In this document: piece after piece, positions 1 to 11,262 of the stretch | Layout of the letters: every line of letters begins with the position of its first letter | How positions within the stretch are numbered: the stretch's first letter is position 1 | Source: an uncultured Phycisphaerales bacterium | GTDB taxonomy: Bacteria > Planctomycetota > Phycisphaerae > Tepidisphaerales > Tepidisphaeraceae | Direction: 5' to 3' | NCBI GenBank assembly: GCA_963758525.1 | Contig: CAVWVQ010000003.1 | Coordinates: forward strand, 3,424,001-3,488,000 | DNA: 64,000 nucleotides | Translations under genes and position numbers: made by a program | Notes under the pieces: model-generated | Database searches by the model: none | Told to the model about the DNA's origin: nothing | The model's input: only the letters and a program-made list of their open reading frames with translations

Positions 1-1
1 G

Positions 2-199
2 GAGCGGGATGAGCTGCGCCAGCACCTTTCCATTTGCCGGATTTGCGCTCGGCACGCCGCGGAACTGCGCGCGGTGAGGCAGACCATCGGGCGTTTTGCC
101 GCTGACACCCCCGAGCCTTCGGCCAGCGAGGTTCCCCTCGCATTAATCCAGGCGATCCTGGAAATGGCGGAGTCGCCGCCCGACTGGCAACAGTTTTGA
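2..199 (+). CDS. 3' part of a zinc-binding anti-sigma factor (zf-HC2/ZAS), truncated by the window edge
   Basis: Frame 2 reads ERDELRQHLSICRICARHAAEL...WQQF*, which contains the HxxxCxxC motif; TGA at 197-199. Confidence 0.7.
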   Translation, partial: ERDELRQHLSICRICARHAAELRAVRQTIGRFAADTPEPSASEVPLALIQAILEMAESPPDWQQF

Positions 200-592
200 C
201 CCACTCTCCGCGTTCTCTCTGGAAAATCTTTCCTCATCTTTCGCGGCCGTGCTTTTCTTCCGTTCAAGTGGGAATTTTCATTCCCACCGACTCTCCGTTG
301 GAATAGACTTTCCGTCCCGCGGGTTCCCCTCTTACGACCCGCCTGTTGCGAGCAGATCGAAGGCGGGTCTTGGGTTCGAGCGGATGAGAAAACCGGAGTC
401 AGATGGCCTCGGGTCCGCTCCGTCGCCCGGCAATCAACGGCGAAGGAGGTGCTGCTCGGCAATGCTGATTGTTCCCAAAAGATCGTGGCCAGCGCGGTCC
501 GCGCGTGCGGCAAAACTCGCTGTCCGATCTGTCAGTTCACGGTTGTACGACGAATCAATTGTTCCCCACACTTTCTGCGAAAGGATAACGCC

Positions 593-868
593 ATGAAGTC
601 CTCGAAAATGATGCTCGCTGCTGCCGCCATGGGTGGTTTGGTTGCTGGCGCCGCGATGAATGTCTCGGCCTCCGCCTCGACCCATTCCCAGAAGTCGGCC
701 GTTCAGTCCCAGGTCGGCGCCAAGGGCGCCGCGATCGCGCTCGATAAGCACGATTGCAAAGGCATGAATTCCTGCAAGGGCCAGGGCGGTTGCAAGACCG
801 GCGACAACGGCTGCAAGGGCAAGAATTCCTGCAAGGGCAACGGCGGCTGCAAAGTCTCCGAGCTGTAA
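593..868 (+). CDS. Bufferin-type RiPP precursor: signal peptide plus 6-Cys core
   Basis: MKSSKMMLAAAAMGGLVAGAA signal-like N-terminus; core CKGMNSCKGQGGC-KTGDNG-CKGKNSCKGNGGC; RBS AAGGA; directly upstream of DUF692. Confidence 0.85.
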   Translation: MKSSKMMLAAAAMGGLVAGAAMNVSASASTHSQKSAVQSQVGAKGAAIALDKHDCKGMNSCKGQGGCKTGDNGCKGKNSCKGNGGCKVSEL

Positions 869-925
869 CGCGTTCTCCCTCGGTGTAGCCGGCGAGCATG
901 CTCGCCGTTTGTTCAGCGTCCCAGC

Positions 926-970
926 ATGAAGGGTCTGGACCCGCATTTGGTTCCGGTCCAGACCCTTCAT
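926..970 (+). promoter_or_regulatory. Perfect 16-bp stem-loop between the precursor and MNIO genes
   Basis: ATGAAGGGTCTGGACC (926-941) pairs with GGTCCAGACCCTTCAT (955-970); no U-tract. Confidence 0.6.
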
Positions 971-993
971 CGCTTTTTGCCGAGATCACTCTG

Positions 994-1887
994 ATGCCCG
1001 CAAATCGCTTCAACGGATTCACGGATCTGGGAATCGGCATCGGCCTGCGGGTGCCGCATTACCGCCACATTCTCGACAAGAAGCCCGCCTGCGATTGGTT
1101 TGAGGTCATCAGCGAAAATTACATGTGCGATGGCGGTCGGCCGCTCGAAGTGCTGGATGAAATCCTCGAGCAGTACAAGGTGGTGCAGCACGGGGTGTCG
1201 ATGTATTTCGGCTCAGCGGACAAGCTGAACCGCGAGCATCTCAAACGGCTGAAGAATCTGGTCAAACGCACGAAAACGCCGTTTCTTTCCGACCATCTCT
1301 GCTGGGGCAGCGTCGATGGAACCTACTCCCATGATTTGCTGCCGATGCCCTACACATTTGCCGCCGCCAAGCTGACCGCGCAGCACGTCCGCGAGGCCAG
1401 CGATTTTCTGGAGGTCCCGATCTGCGTGGAAAACGTGAGCAGCTATGCCGAATATCACGTTTCGGAAATGACCGAATGGGAGTTTCTTTCCGAAGTCGTC
1501 GACCTGGCGGATTGCGGAATGCTGCTCGACGTCAACAACATTTACGTTTCCAGCAAGAACCACGGCTTCGATCCATACGACTACCTTCGCGGCGTGCCGC
1601 TCGATCGGGTCGGGCAGATGCACATTGCCGGGCACAGCAAGTACGAAAAATACATTCTCGATACGCATGACCATCCCGTGCTCGATCCGGTCTGGAAAAT
1701 GTACGAGCATGTGATCGAACGCATCGGGCCCGTGAACACGCTCCTGGAATGGGACGCCCACATCCCATCGTTCGACGAAGTTCACAACGAGGCGCTCAAG
1801 GCCAACAAGTTTGTCGCGCGCGTTCTGAACAATGGACGTATTCAGAAGAAGCGGAAGCGGGAGGCGCATGAAGCGCTCACGGTCTGA
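994..1887 (+). CDS. DUF692 family multinuclear non-heme iron oxidase (MNIO, BufB-like)
   Basis: GIGLRVPHY, EVISENY, HGVSM, SDHLCW, HDLLP, ENVSSY, LLDVNN, HIAGH, DTHD, LLEWD motifs. Confidence 0.95.
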   Translation: MPANRFNGFTDLGIGIGLRVPHYRHILDKKPACDWFEVISENYMCDGGRPLEVLDEILEQYKVVQHGVSMYFGSADKLNREHLKRLKNLVKRTKTPFLSDHLCWGSVDGTYSHDLLPMPYTFAAAKLTAQHVREASDFLEVPICVENVSSYAEYHVSEMTEWEFLSEVVDLADCGMLLDVNNIYVSSKNHGFDPYDYLRGVPLDRVGQMHIAGHSKYEKYILDTHDHPVLDPVWKMYEHVIERIGPVNTLLEWDAHIPSFDEVHNEALKANKFVARVLNNGRIQKKRKREAHEALTV

Positions 1888-2820
1888 ATCGCTGCCGGCG
1901 ATCGCGCCGTTGTCCGCCCCTGCGCCGCGCCGGCGACAGACGCTCGGCGAGCTCAAGGAACTGCAGCGGCTCACGTTCTCCGCGATCAGCCGGCAGCTTG
2001 GGCCGTCCAACTCCATGCAGCGCACCTGGACGGACGGGCGGCCCACCGCGAATGTGATTGCCGAGTTTATCAAACCGAATGACCGGCTCACGTCGCTGGA
2101 ACGCATCGAACTGTATAACAAGCAGTATTGGTTCCGTCTCCTCGATTGCCTCTACGACGACTTTCCCGGCCTGCGCGATCCTCGGCGAAAATAAGTTCCG
2201 CAAACTGCGCATCGCATACCTCGATCGATATCCGTCCAAATCCTTCACCATGCGCAATCTCGGATCGCGGCTCGTTGAATTTCTCGCCGCCAATCCGCAG
2301 CTCATTGCGCCGCACACCGCGATGTGCATGGAGATGGCCCGTTTTGAATGGGCTCAGATTGTCGCGTTTGACGGCCTGATGCTGCCCCCGCTGGTGCCCG
2401 AGGATCTCCTCGGCCGCGATCCGCAGAAGCTGACGCTCGCACTGCAGCCGTACGTCACTTTGCTGGAACTCGGTTATCCGCTAGACGAGTTCGTGCTGGC
2501 GATCAAGAAGACGTCGCTGGCGCAGAAGCGAGCAACGCCATCGAGATGGAAGAGCAGTCATCCACCCGAAAACGCACGGTCCCTCTTCCCCGCCCGCGGA
2601 AGATGTTCATCGGCGTGCATCGCTGGAACAACAGTCTTTATTACAAAAGGCTGGAGCCGGGCGCATTTCATCTGCTTTGCGCCTGCGCGATGGAAGCACG
2701 GTAGCCGAGGCTTGCGCCATCTCAATCGAAACCGGCGGGGAAGAGGAGAACGACTGGGCCGGGCGCATCCGCGCGTGGTTTCAGCTTTTCACCGAACTGG
2801 GTTGGCTCTGCAAAGCGTGA
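1868..2820 (+). CDS. DUF2063/BufC-like MNIO partner protein (frameshifted in this assembly)
   Basis: IKPNDRLTSLERIELYNKQYWFRLLDCLYDDFPGL continues in another frame as YLDRYPSKSFTMRNLGSRL..EMARFEWAQ; overlaps the DUF692 stop. Confidence 0.8.
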
Positions 2821-2856
2821 ATCGCACTCCGCACAAAATTCCACTACGGATTTCCC

Positions 2857-3405
2857 ATGACTGAATGCAAAACTGATCTGGCACACGAACTGGTTCTGCG
2901 CGGGTACAGCACCTTCGACAGGGTCGCCAACAATCTCCGTTCATTCGTTCTGCTCTTCATCCGCCTCTGTTTCGGCTGGGAGTTGTATGTTTCCGGCCGG
3001 GGACATCTGCAGAACGTTGATGTGATGATCCAGAGATTTATCGAATGGCACGTTCCGTTCCCGCACATCAATGTCTACATCTCCGCCTACACTGAAATGA
3101 TCGGTGGGATGGCGATGCTGTTCGGTGTCTTTTCGCGACTGGTCGCGGTGCCGCTGACCGTCAACTTCATCGTCGCCTACCTGACCGCCAGCCGGGACAC
3201 CGTGATTCATCTGCTGCACGGGCCGGACCGGCTCAAAGCCGTCGACGACTTCACAGGGGATACCGCCTTTTTCTTTCTCGTTGCTGCCCTGGTCATTCTG
3301 GCATTCGGTCCGGGAAAGGCGTCGATCGATTACCTTCTCTCCCGCACGCTCTTCAAGAAACGGCAGCATTTGTTAGCCGGCAGTCAAATTCGCTCGAAGA
3401 GTTGA
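2857..3405 (+). CDS. DoxX family membrane protein (BufD-like)
   Basis: LLFIRLCFGW, EMIGG..LFG..SRL, GPGKASID motifs. Confidence 0.9.
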   Translation: MTECKTDLAHELVLRGYSTFDRVANNLRSFVLLFIRLCFGWELYVSGRGHLQNVDVMIQRFIEWHVPFPHINVYISAYTEMIGGMAMLFGVFSRLVAVPLTVNFIVAYLTASRDTVIHLLHGPDRLKAVDDFTGDTAFFFLVAALVILAFGPGKASIDYLLSRTLFKKRQHLLAGSQIRSKS

Positions 3406-3474
3406 CCGCGGCCGCGATCGAATGAGAACGCGCGAAGTTCCGCAACGCGTTCTGGTTCATAAGCGATTTCGGCA

Positions 3475-3586
3475 CCTGCTTAGCCGCGCCGCGAAGCGAA
3501 GCGCGTCCGGGAGGGCCGTATTGACGGATTGAGTCAAACTTGCGGAAAACACCGCTGGACGCGCTTCGCTGCGCGGCTAAGCAGGT
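3475..3586. repeat. REP-like inverted-repeat doublet (TTAGCCGC family)
   Basis: ACCTGCTTAGCCGCG...CGCGGCTAAGCAGGT between convergent genes. Confidence 0.7.
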
Positions 3587-3640
3587 GACGAAGCGTGCGC
3601 CGAATGCGTGCGCCGAAGTTCCTGAACGCTTCTGATTCGC

Positions 3641-5631
3641 TTATCCTTCGCTCTTGAAGCTCTTCATCGCCGCCATCACGCGATCGATCGCGCCGCTCCA
3701 ATCCCCGGCGCGGGCTGTCGAAACAATCGCATGCTCGGATACCACGGCGTGTCCGCGCGATGCAGCAGCCAGCGCCAATCCGGCGCGAATGCGAGCAGCG
3801 TCCACACCGGTCTGCCCATCGCGCCGGCGAGGTGAACGATGCTCGTGTCGACCGAAATCACCAGGTCCAGATTGGCCACCAGTGCCGCGGTATCGGAAAA
3901 ATCCTGCAGTTGATCGCTCACGTCGTGCAGCGTCATGCCAGCAGGAGGATTTGCCGCCTGCGATGCCGGCGGTCCTTTCTGAAGACTGATCAGCGCCGCG
4001 TCCGGCACGCTCGCCAGCGGCGCCAGCGCGAGCAGCCCGCAGGACCGCTCCTGGTCGCGCTGATGATCCGGATTGCCGGCCCACGCGATGCCGATCTTCA
4101 GCTTTCCGGGCATCGCGGACAGCTTCTCCTTCCATCGCATCACCTTGGAGGGCTCGGCAAAAAGATACGGGATTTCCGACGGAATAGTCGCCAGCGTCGT
4201 CTGCAGGATCGTCGGCAGGCTCAGAAGCGAGCAGTGCGCGTCGAAAGTCGGGTCCGGGTCGGGCGCACAATGAATCCCATGAACGCCCGGAAGCGTCGCG
4301 AACAGTCTTTTCATCGACGGTTGACACTGCAGGATGACTTTTGCTCCCTGCCGGACCACGAGCGGGGCATATCTCGCAAACTGAATCGCGTCGCCAAGGC
4401 CCTGCTCCGAGTAAATCAGGATCGTCTTTCCCGCCGGATCCGAGCCATCCCATTCCGGCTGCGGAAACTTCCGGCGGGGCGGGTAAAAATCCGTGCATTC
4501 CCAGCGCCATTCATACTCCTTCCAGCCTTCCAGATAATCCCCATTGACCAGCAGCGACAGCGACAGTCCCCAGTGCGGCAGCGGCGCGGTCGGTTTCACT
4601 TCCACCGCTTTGCGAAAACAGGCGATCGCCTGATCGATCTCGCACAAATCCAGATGCACGACGCCAAGGTTGTAGTGATTCAACGGCGCGGTCGGCTTCA
4701 ACTCGATCGCGCGGCGGCAGGCGTGCTTTGCTTCGTCGAATCGGCGCAGAGTCCTGAGCACCGAGCCGATTTCCATCCAGGTCTCCTCGCCATCGGGATC
4801 CAGTTGCAGGGCTTTGCGATACTCGGCGAGGGCCTCTTCGTTGCGCCGCATTTTCGAGAGCACCGATCCCAGATTGCGCTGCGCGTCCACATAGCTGCTC
4901 CGCAGACGCAGCGCCTGCCGCACCTCCGCCTCGGCCTGGTCATACATCTTGGAAGCCACCAGCGCCATTGCCAGATTGTTGTGCCCTTGCGGATAATCCG
5001 GTCGAAGCGCGACGGCGCGGCGGCAGCTGGCCAGCGACTCTTCATTGCGATGCAGTTCCGCGAGGGTGGCGCCCAGCCCTGAGTACGCCTCGGCGTAGTT
5101 CGGGCGCGCTGCAATCGCCTTGCGGTAACATGCTTCCGATTCTTCCAGTTTTTCCGCGATGCGGAGCGCCCCGGCCAAGCTGTTCAGCGCCTCGGGGAAG
5201 GTGGGGTTGAGCGCCAACGCGCGTCGAAAGCATTGCTCGGCTTCATCCGTTTCGCCCAATTCGTTGAGGACCACGCCGAGATTCTGATGCGCCGCCGCCA
5301 TCTTCGGATCGAGCTCCACGGCTTTGCGCAGATGCGGCAGCGCCTCCGCGGGCCGGTCGCGATCGCGCAGCAAATTTCCCAGATTGCTGTGTGCGACCGC
5401 GATGTTCGGCCTGAGGTGAACAGCCCTCCGCAGGAAAGTCTCCGCCTGGTCGAACCGCCGCGTCTGGCTCAGCAGCACGCCGTAGAGATGCAGCGCGTCG
5501 AAGTGGTCCGGCGAACGATTCAGCACCTGCCGATACAGCGGCTCGGCCTCGGCCAGCTTACCGGCCGAGTGCAATTGCGCCGCTCGCTGAACGACGCTCG
5601 AAACCCGGTCATTGTCAAAGGGTAAAGGCAT
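3641..5631 (-). CDS. TPR-repeat protein with C-terminal glycosyltransferase (GT9-like) domain; frameshift near the 3' end
   Basis: About 10 TPRs followed by EQGLGDAIQFARY, IGIAWAGNP, LDLVISVDTSIVHLAGAMG, PWYPSMRLFRQ; the GDW terminus lies in another frame. Confidence 0.9.
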
Positions 5632-5648
5632 TTGCGTTGTTCCTTCCC

Positions 5649-5801
5649 GCGTGCGCAGCACTCCGAATCGTTTAGTTAGCCGCCTCGCTGGCGAGGCGTG
5701 TCCAATAGCGCAATTGTTACCGCGTCAAACTGGACTACCGCGCCGCTGGACACCCTCGCGAGCGAGGCGGCTAACTAAAGGATTCGGAGTGCTGCGCACG
5801 C
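5649..5801. repeat. ~150-bp REPIN-like element with 41-bp inverted arms
   Basis: GCGTGCGCAGCACTCCGAATCGTTTAGTTAGCCGCCTCGCT and its near-perfect reverse complement; related copy at ~59538-59691. Confidence 0.8.
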
Positions 5802-5822
5802 AGTGAGGAGGCGTCATCCCCG

Positions 5823-7673
5823 TCATCCCTCCGACGGTGCCGGCAGTTCCTCCGACGACCGCATAAACCGCGCGAACCATCCTTCGTTCCTCGCCAGCAT
5901 CTGCGGCGAACCCTGCTCGGTCACCTGGCCGTCCTCGATCACATACACCATGTCCGCCTGATTGATCAGGCTCGGCCGATGGCTCGTCAGCACGGTGGTG
6001 CGCCCCGCCATCAGGCGGTCCAGGGCGGCAACAATCGCCGCTTCTGAATCGGGCTCGACGCTGCTGGTCGGCTCGTCGAGCAGGAGCACCGTCGGATTCG
6101 CCAGGAACGCCCGGGCGATGCTGATCCGCTGCTTCTGCCCGCCGCTGAGTCGCACGCCGCGTTCCCCCACCCGCGTGTCATACCCGGATGGCAGTCGTTC
6201 GATAAACGCATGAGCATTGGCGGCTTTGGCCGCGGCAACCACCTGCGCCATCGTCGCCTCGGGATGACCGTAACGAATGTTGTCGATAATGCGATCGTTG
6301 AAGAGAAACGTCTCCTGCTGCACCAGCGCGAAGTGCCTCCGCAGATCGTCGCGGCGGATTGAACGCAGTTCCCGGCCATCCAGCATCACCTTGCCGCGCA
6401 GCGGATCGTAGAAGCGCAGCAGCAGATTCAGTACGGTGCTTTTTCCGGCGCCGCTGGGCCCGCAGAGCGCAACCGTCTGCCCTCGGTGAATAACGATATT
6501 CGCGTCACGAAGCACCACCGGTGGCTCGCCGTCGTCGCCTTCGGGGTAGCGGAACGTCACGCCGATCAGTTCCATTTCACCAGCAATCTGTCGGAGCGGA
6601 GCGGCATTGGGATCGTCCGGAAGCTCGTCGGGCGCGTCGAGAATTTCGAACACCCGCCGCCCGGATGCGATCGCCCGTTGCACCATGTCGTTGACCCGCG
6701 CCAGCGTCTGCACCGGCCCGAAAAGCCGCCACCAATAGGCCCGGAACGCGAGCAGCTTGCCGACCGTGAATCCGCCGCCGGTGAGGATGGAGTATCCCCC
6801 GACGCCGATCATGAAAATATTGCTGAAGAAGCCAACCGCGCGGGTGAAGGGGAAGAACAGAGTCCGCGCATTGATCGCCCGGATCTGCTGGCGGTAATAC
6901 CCCTCGGTGGCAGCGCGGAACCTCTCGGCCTCCTGCCGCTCGCGCCCGAAGATTTTGATGACGATCACGCCCGACAGATTTTCCTGAAGCCGTGTCGTGA
7001 CATCCGCCGCACGCTCGCGCACGGTTGTGTAGATGGATTTGACGCGGGCGTTAAAAATCCGCAGCAGCACATAGACGACGGCCATCGGCGCCAATGATGC
7101 TGACGCGACCTTCCAATCCATCAGCATCACCAGCGCGACCGTGGCGCACCACTGGAGGCCGTCACCGATGATCTGGTCGATCCCGTTGACGATGAACGAC
7201 TGCAGCTCGTCGACATCGCCGATCGCCCGGCTGATCAGATCGCCGCTGCGCTGCCGCTGCAGATATCCGAGGCTCTGCGACTGCAGCTTGTGATACACGC
7301 GGTTTCTGATGCCGAGGATAAACTTCTGCGCCACGCGGTTGAGCACATTTGTGCTGGCGGTTCCCATCGCTTCGCCGATCACATACACCCCGAAGAGCCA
7401 GATGATGGCAGACAGCAGCAACGCCAGTTTGCCGTTGAAATGTCCAGCGAACGAGAAAAGAAACGGAAGCACGGGCGTTGGCCGCGACCTGCCCGCGAGG
7501 ATCAGGTCGTCGGTGACATATTTCCAGACCAGCGCCGGAAACAGCTCACACGGCGCCGAGAGGATCAGCAGGAGCATCCCCGCCCCAATGGCGGCATAGT
7601 GGGGGCGCAGCATCTTCAGCAGCCGTCTGAAGACGCTGCCCGATGACTGGGTTTGCACGGTCCACGTGGTCAT
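5823..7673 (-). CDS. ABC exporter, fused permease/ATPase (MsbA/MdlB-like)
   Basis: TM domain, GPSGAGKST, LSGGQKQR, LLLDE. Confidence 0.95.
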   Translation of the reverse strand: MTTWTVQTQSSGSVFRRLLKMLRPHYAAIGAGMLLLILSAPCELFPALVWKYVTDDLILAGRSRPTPVLPFLFSFAGHFNGKLALLLSAIIWLFGVYVIGEAMGTASTNVLNRVAQKFILGIRNRVYHKLQSQSLGYLQRQRSGDLISRAIGDVDELQSFIVNGIDQIIGDGLQWCATVALVMLMDWKVASASLAPMAVVYVLLRIFNARVKSIYTTVRERAADVTTRLQENLSGVIVIKIFGRERQEAERFRAATEGYYRQQIRAINARTLFFPFTRAVGFFSNIFMIGVGGYSILTGGGFTVGKLLAFRAYWWRLFGPVQTLARVNDMVQRAIASGRRVFEILDAPDELPDDPNAAPLRQIAGEMELIGVTFRYPEGDDGEPPVVLRDANIVIHRGQTVALCGPSGAGKSTVLNLLLRFYDPLRGKVMLDGRELRSIRRDDLRRHFALVQQETFLFNDRIIDNIRYGHPEATMAQVVAAAKAANAHAFIERLPSGYDTRVGERGVRLSGGQKQRISIARAFLANPTVLLLDEPTSSVEPDSEAAIVAALDRLMAGRTTVLTSHRPSLINQADMVYVIEDGQVTEQGSPQMLARNEGWFARFMRSSEELPAPSEG

Positions 7674-7725
7674 GTTTTCACTGTTCCGCTACGCCGCCAG
7701 CGCTCAGTTTACCGAAAATAGAGAT

Positions 7726-9328
7726 ATGCTGCCCTTCGCGATTGGTCCTGGAGCAGAGAAGCGAACCCGGCTGGGTTTCTCGCTCGCAATCGGGCTGATC
7801 GCACTGCTGGCGGTAGCGAAAGTCGTTCTGTTCGACACCCTCGATCCGGATTGCTTCTGGCACCTGCGCGTCGCCCAGCAACTCAAAACCGAAGGAATCG
7901 GACCGCTGGTCGATAATCTCTCGTTTGCTTCGATGCAGAGGCCATGGACCCCGTACTCCTGGTTGGCCGAGCTGGCGATGCGCTGGATCTGGCAGAATGC
8001 CGGCTGGCGCGGCGCGGTCGCGACCCAGGCATTGCTCCAGGCGGCCTTCGTGATATTCCTGGCCGCCGCCTGTCGCGCTCGGTCGACTTCACCCCGAGCC
8101 CATCTTGGCCCGCGCGGCCAGGGCGCCGACCGATCCGGGCGCGCTTCAGGCCGTCGTTGCCACGCTCTTTGGAACGGTCCTCTCGCTGCCGTATCTGAGC
8201 TTTCGTCCGGTAACCGCGGCGCTGGCGGCGCTGACTGCCTGCGCATGGCTGATCATCCGCGATCGGCGCGCGGCCGAACGCACCTGGGCCGTGTGGCTCC
8301 TGGCGCCGCTGACGGCGTTGATCGTCAACTTGCATCTCTACGCGATCTTTGTCCCGCTTTGGATCTTCGCGCTGTTGCTCGGCGCGGCATGGGAACGGCG
8401 GGCGCTGAGCAGCCCCGCCGACCGACCTGAAGCAAATCGGCGCATCGAACGCTATGCGATCCTGCTGGTGCTCACGACGGCCGCTTGCGCGATCACGCCG
8501 ATGCTTCCCGGCGCGATCAGCGTTGCGGCGCACTATCAGTTTGCCGACGTGATGGTGCGCGGCACCATGATCGCGGAGATGCAGCCGTTTTATTCCGGGA
8601 TGGCAGGCCGCGTGGCGGCGGCACTGGTCGTCGCGTTCATGTGCTGCGTCACGTTCAATCACCGCAAGCTCCGCAGCGGCGAGATTCTCTGGCTGCTGAT
8701 GAGCTTCCTCCTGCTGCTGCGGCTCGGGCGATTTGCGCCAATTTTCGCGATCGTCGCCGCCCCGATTGCCTCGGCGACCCTGCCGACGCTCTCCGATCGC
8801 CTGCTTGGGCGGACGGCATTGTGCGGCGCGATGACCATCGTTCTCGCGCTGGGCGTTGCGCGCGTTTTCAATTCGTTTCCGCCCCCGGATCAGTCTCTTT
8901 CCGATTGGCTCAACCGCCACGGCTCCGACACGCCCGGATATCCCTGTGCGGCCGCCGACTTCGTCGGTGCGAGGGTGAAGCCCGCTTCGGGCCGGCTCAT
9001 CAATGAGTTCTCGTGGGGCGGATATCTCGAGTGGCGTCTGGGAGACAGGTACCAGACATTGCTGGACGGCCGCACGCAGTTGTTCGTGCCCGAGTTCTGG
9101 AAATGCACCTATCTCGGTCAGCCCGCCGAGCGCGAGCGCTTCCTGGGCGAGTTGGGCGCCGACGCCGCGATCCTGCCGACGCACAATAGCATTTTTCACG
9201 ATTCGCTATCCCACTTGGGCTGGCATACCGCGTTCCGCGACGATCGCTCCGAGGTGATGTTGCCGCCACCTGGCGTCGCGCCAAAACAATCGGACTGGCC
9301 CACCGCGTCGATTCTCCTGGGGGAGTAG
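7726..9328 (+). CDS. Polytopic membrane protein, GT-C-like (frameshift ~8100)
   Basis: DPDCFWHL, WTPYSWLAE, VNLHL, NEFSWGGYLEW, LLDGR across two frames. Confidence 0.7.
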
Positions 9329-9417
9329 CTTCCGCATCGCCGCTCGCGGCTTCGCTGCGCGAGACCTCGGCGTCGACCACTTCTCTCGACGAGTAAAATA
9401 ATGCTCGTCCGCTGAGT

Positions 9418-10349
9418 CTACTTCTTCTTCGTGGAAGTGCCGCTGCTCGACGAATCCGCCACTGCCGTTTTGGTCGGTGCGACCTTCGGCGTCGCCTCGA
9501 TGTCGCGCAGGTACGAATTGCCATTGTCTTCCACGATGCGGAACGTCACCATCGCGCCGGGCTTAAACTTGCGAAGCTCACTGAGCACTTTCCCATCGAC
9601 GGTCCATCGTTTCCCCTCGAGATGCCCCGGCACTACCACGGTGACGGGGCTGCCGTCCACCTCAATATCGGCTTCGGTCGTTTTGTTCCCATCCACGTCC
9701 GCCGGCTTGATCGCCTTGAGCGTCCCGCTTTGCGGCGTGTTGTAGACCTCAATGCTCTTGATCACCGGGTATTTCACGCCGTTGGTGGCATTGATCAGAA
9801 CCACTTGCCCGTCTTTGAGCTTGTTGATCGAAGCCGTCAGATCGGGATCCGGCGCCATCGCGCCGGTGGAATCCTTCTTATTCGGCAGTGCGAATGAAGT
9901 CACCTTGTCGAAGCGCTTGGCGTCGACCAGCGTGAGGACGTTGTGATTCTCGGAGTGGTCGTACATCTCGTGAAACAAATAAGCGTTAGGCAGCTCCATG
10001 CCCGGCTGCATCGGATACGCCGCAATGCTGCGCATCATGTGTGTCTTGTCAGATTCAATCGTGTAGATGACCTTGACCATGTCACCCGGCGCCACTGCCT
10101 TGATTTGATCCAGAATATCAGTCACGGGATCAACCTTGTAGCCCTTCTCGTCCTTGTTCGTGATGCCGACCTGGACCGGAGCTCCGTCGATGGGCTTGAT
10201 GGTCACCACGTACCGCGGGCATCGTGGTATCGCAACTGTGTCGCATCGGCCAGTCGGCCGATCGCCACGCCTTCTTCGGCGGCCGCGACGCTCGCGAACG
10301 AAAGCACCAGGCCCATCGCCGGCGCCCAGATTCTGTTGCGATTTTGCAT
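9418..10349 (-). CDS. Secreted hypothetical protein with three OB-fold-like repeats (frameshift ~10210)
   Basis: Signal-like MQNRNRIWAPAMGLVLSFASVAAA from ATG 10349; repeats ending IKAVAPGDMVKV / INKLKDGQVVLI / LRKFKPGAMVTF. Confidence 0.55.
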
Positions 10350-10489
10350 GTGCGATCTCCTCTGCCACACCCTGCCGTATTGTATCAGTCCGCGAAGCGG
10401 CTGCGAAGTAGCTTATGAAAATTGCACAGCGGGGGATTTTGCAAGCCGCTTCCTCCGCGGGCTTGCCGGACTGATCGCGGGCCGCTTCA

Positions 10490-11005
10490 TCATTTCGCTG
10501 CATCACTGTCGGACGGCATGAACTGGTCGTGCCCGTCTTCTTCCTGCTGCTTCAACTGCTTGTAAATCTCCTGCGCCTTGGCGTTGTCCCCGTCGAGAAC
10601 GGCGGTTTCCATGTTGCACATGCTGATCAGCAGGGCTGCCATCCGTTTGTGATAATCCGACACGAAAGCCGGCTGCTGGTCGGAAGGCATCGTGGTGGCG
10701 CGCGACGGGGTCATCGCTTTGGAGTCCAAAACCGCCTGCTCCACCTTCGCGATGGTTTCCAGAGATTGTGCGTTCGCCTCTTTGCTCCGCAAAGACCGGC
10801 GAAGCTTCTTCATCCCGTTGTCGATCTGCTCCATCGCCTTGCCAAGCGGTGTCTGCGGCTTCTTGTCCTCCGCGCTCGCCCGCCGCGATTCGCAGAACAG
10901 CACCCCCATCGCCAGCAAACCGACAACGCACACTCGTACCACGGGTTTCCAACCCGTGCCAACACCGCCGATGGTCAGCATCACTTTCTCCTTCACGGCA
11001 AACAC
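10490..11005 (-). CDS. Cytochrome b562-like four-helix-bundle protein
   Basis: Signal peptide; TPLGKAMEQI (candidate Met ligand); C-terminal EDGHDQF (candidate His ligand). Confidence 0.7.
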   Translation of the reverse strand: MFAVKEKVMLTIGGVGTGWKPVVRVCVVGLLAMGVLFCESRRASAEDKKPQTPLGKAMEQIDNGMKKLRRSLRSKEANAQSLETIAKVEQAVLDSKAMTPSRATTMPSDQQPAFVSDYHKRMAALLISMCNMETAVLDGDNAKAQEIYKQLKQQEEDGHDQFMPSDSDAAK

Positions 11006-11079
11006 ACTCCACGAAAAGTTATTCGTCCTCGAGCACTAGTGATTCGTTCCAACAGAATGTACGGCTCGATCGATCCGTG

Positions 11080-11209
11080 GTAGGGCGGGATTCCTCCCGC
11101 CGCACTTGAGCGGCGGCGGGATGAATCCCGCCCTACACACTGTGGCACAGCCGTCCCGGCTGTGATTTCCAACCCGAGCCGAAACCACAGCCGACACGGC
11201 TGTGCTACA
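11080..11209. repeat. Two adjacent REP doublets (GTAGGGCGGGATT..CCCGCC and GTGGCACAGCCGTCCCGGCTGTG families)
   Basis: Inverted pairs at 11080-11136 and 11141-11209; the second family recurs at ~43398-43458. Confidence 0.8.
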
Positions 11210-11262
11210 TCATGCCTGATTGCATTGCTTCAAAACCGATAAGGTAATTCTTGCTCGAGTCT

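Noticed and set aside
520..560. SigF/ECF promoter for the RiPP precursor
   Set aside because: CGAA is present at 551, but there is no convincing -35 element at the expected spacing.
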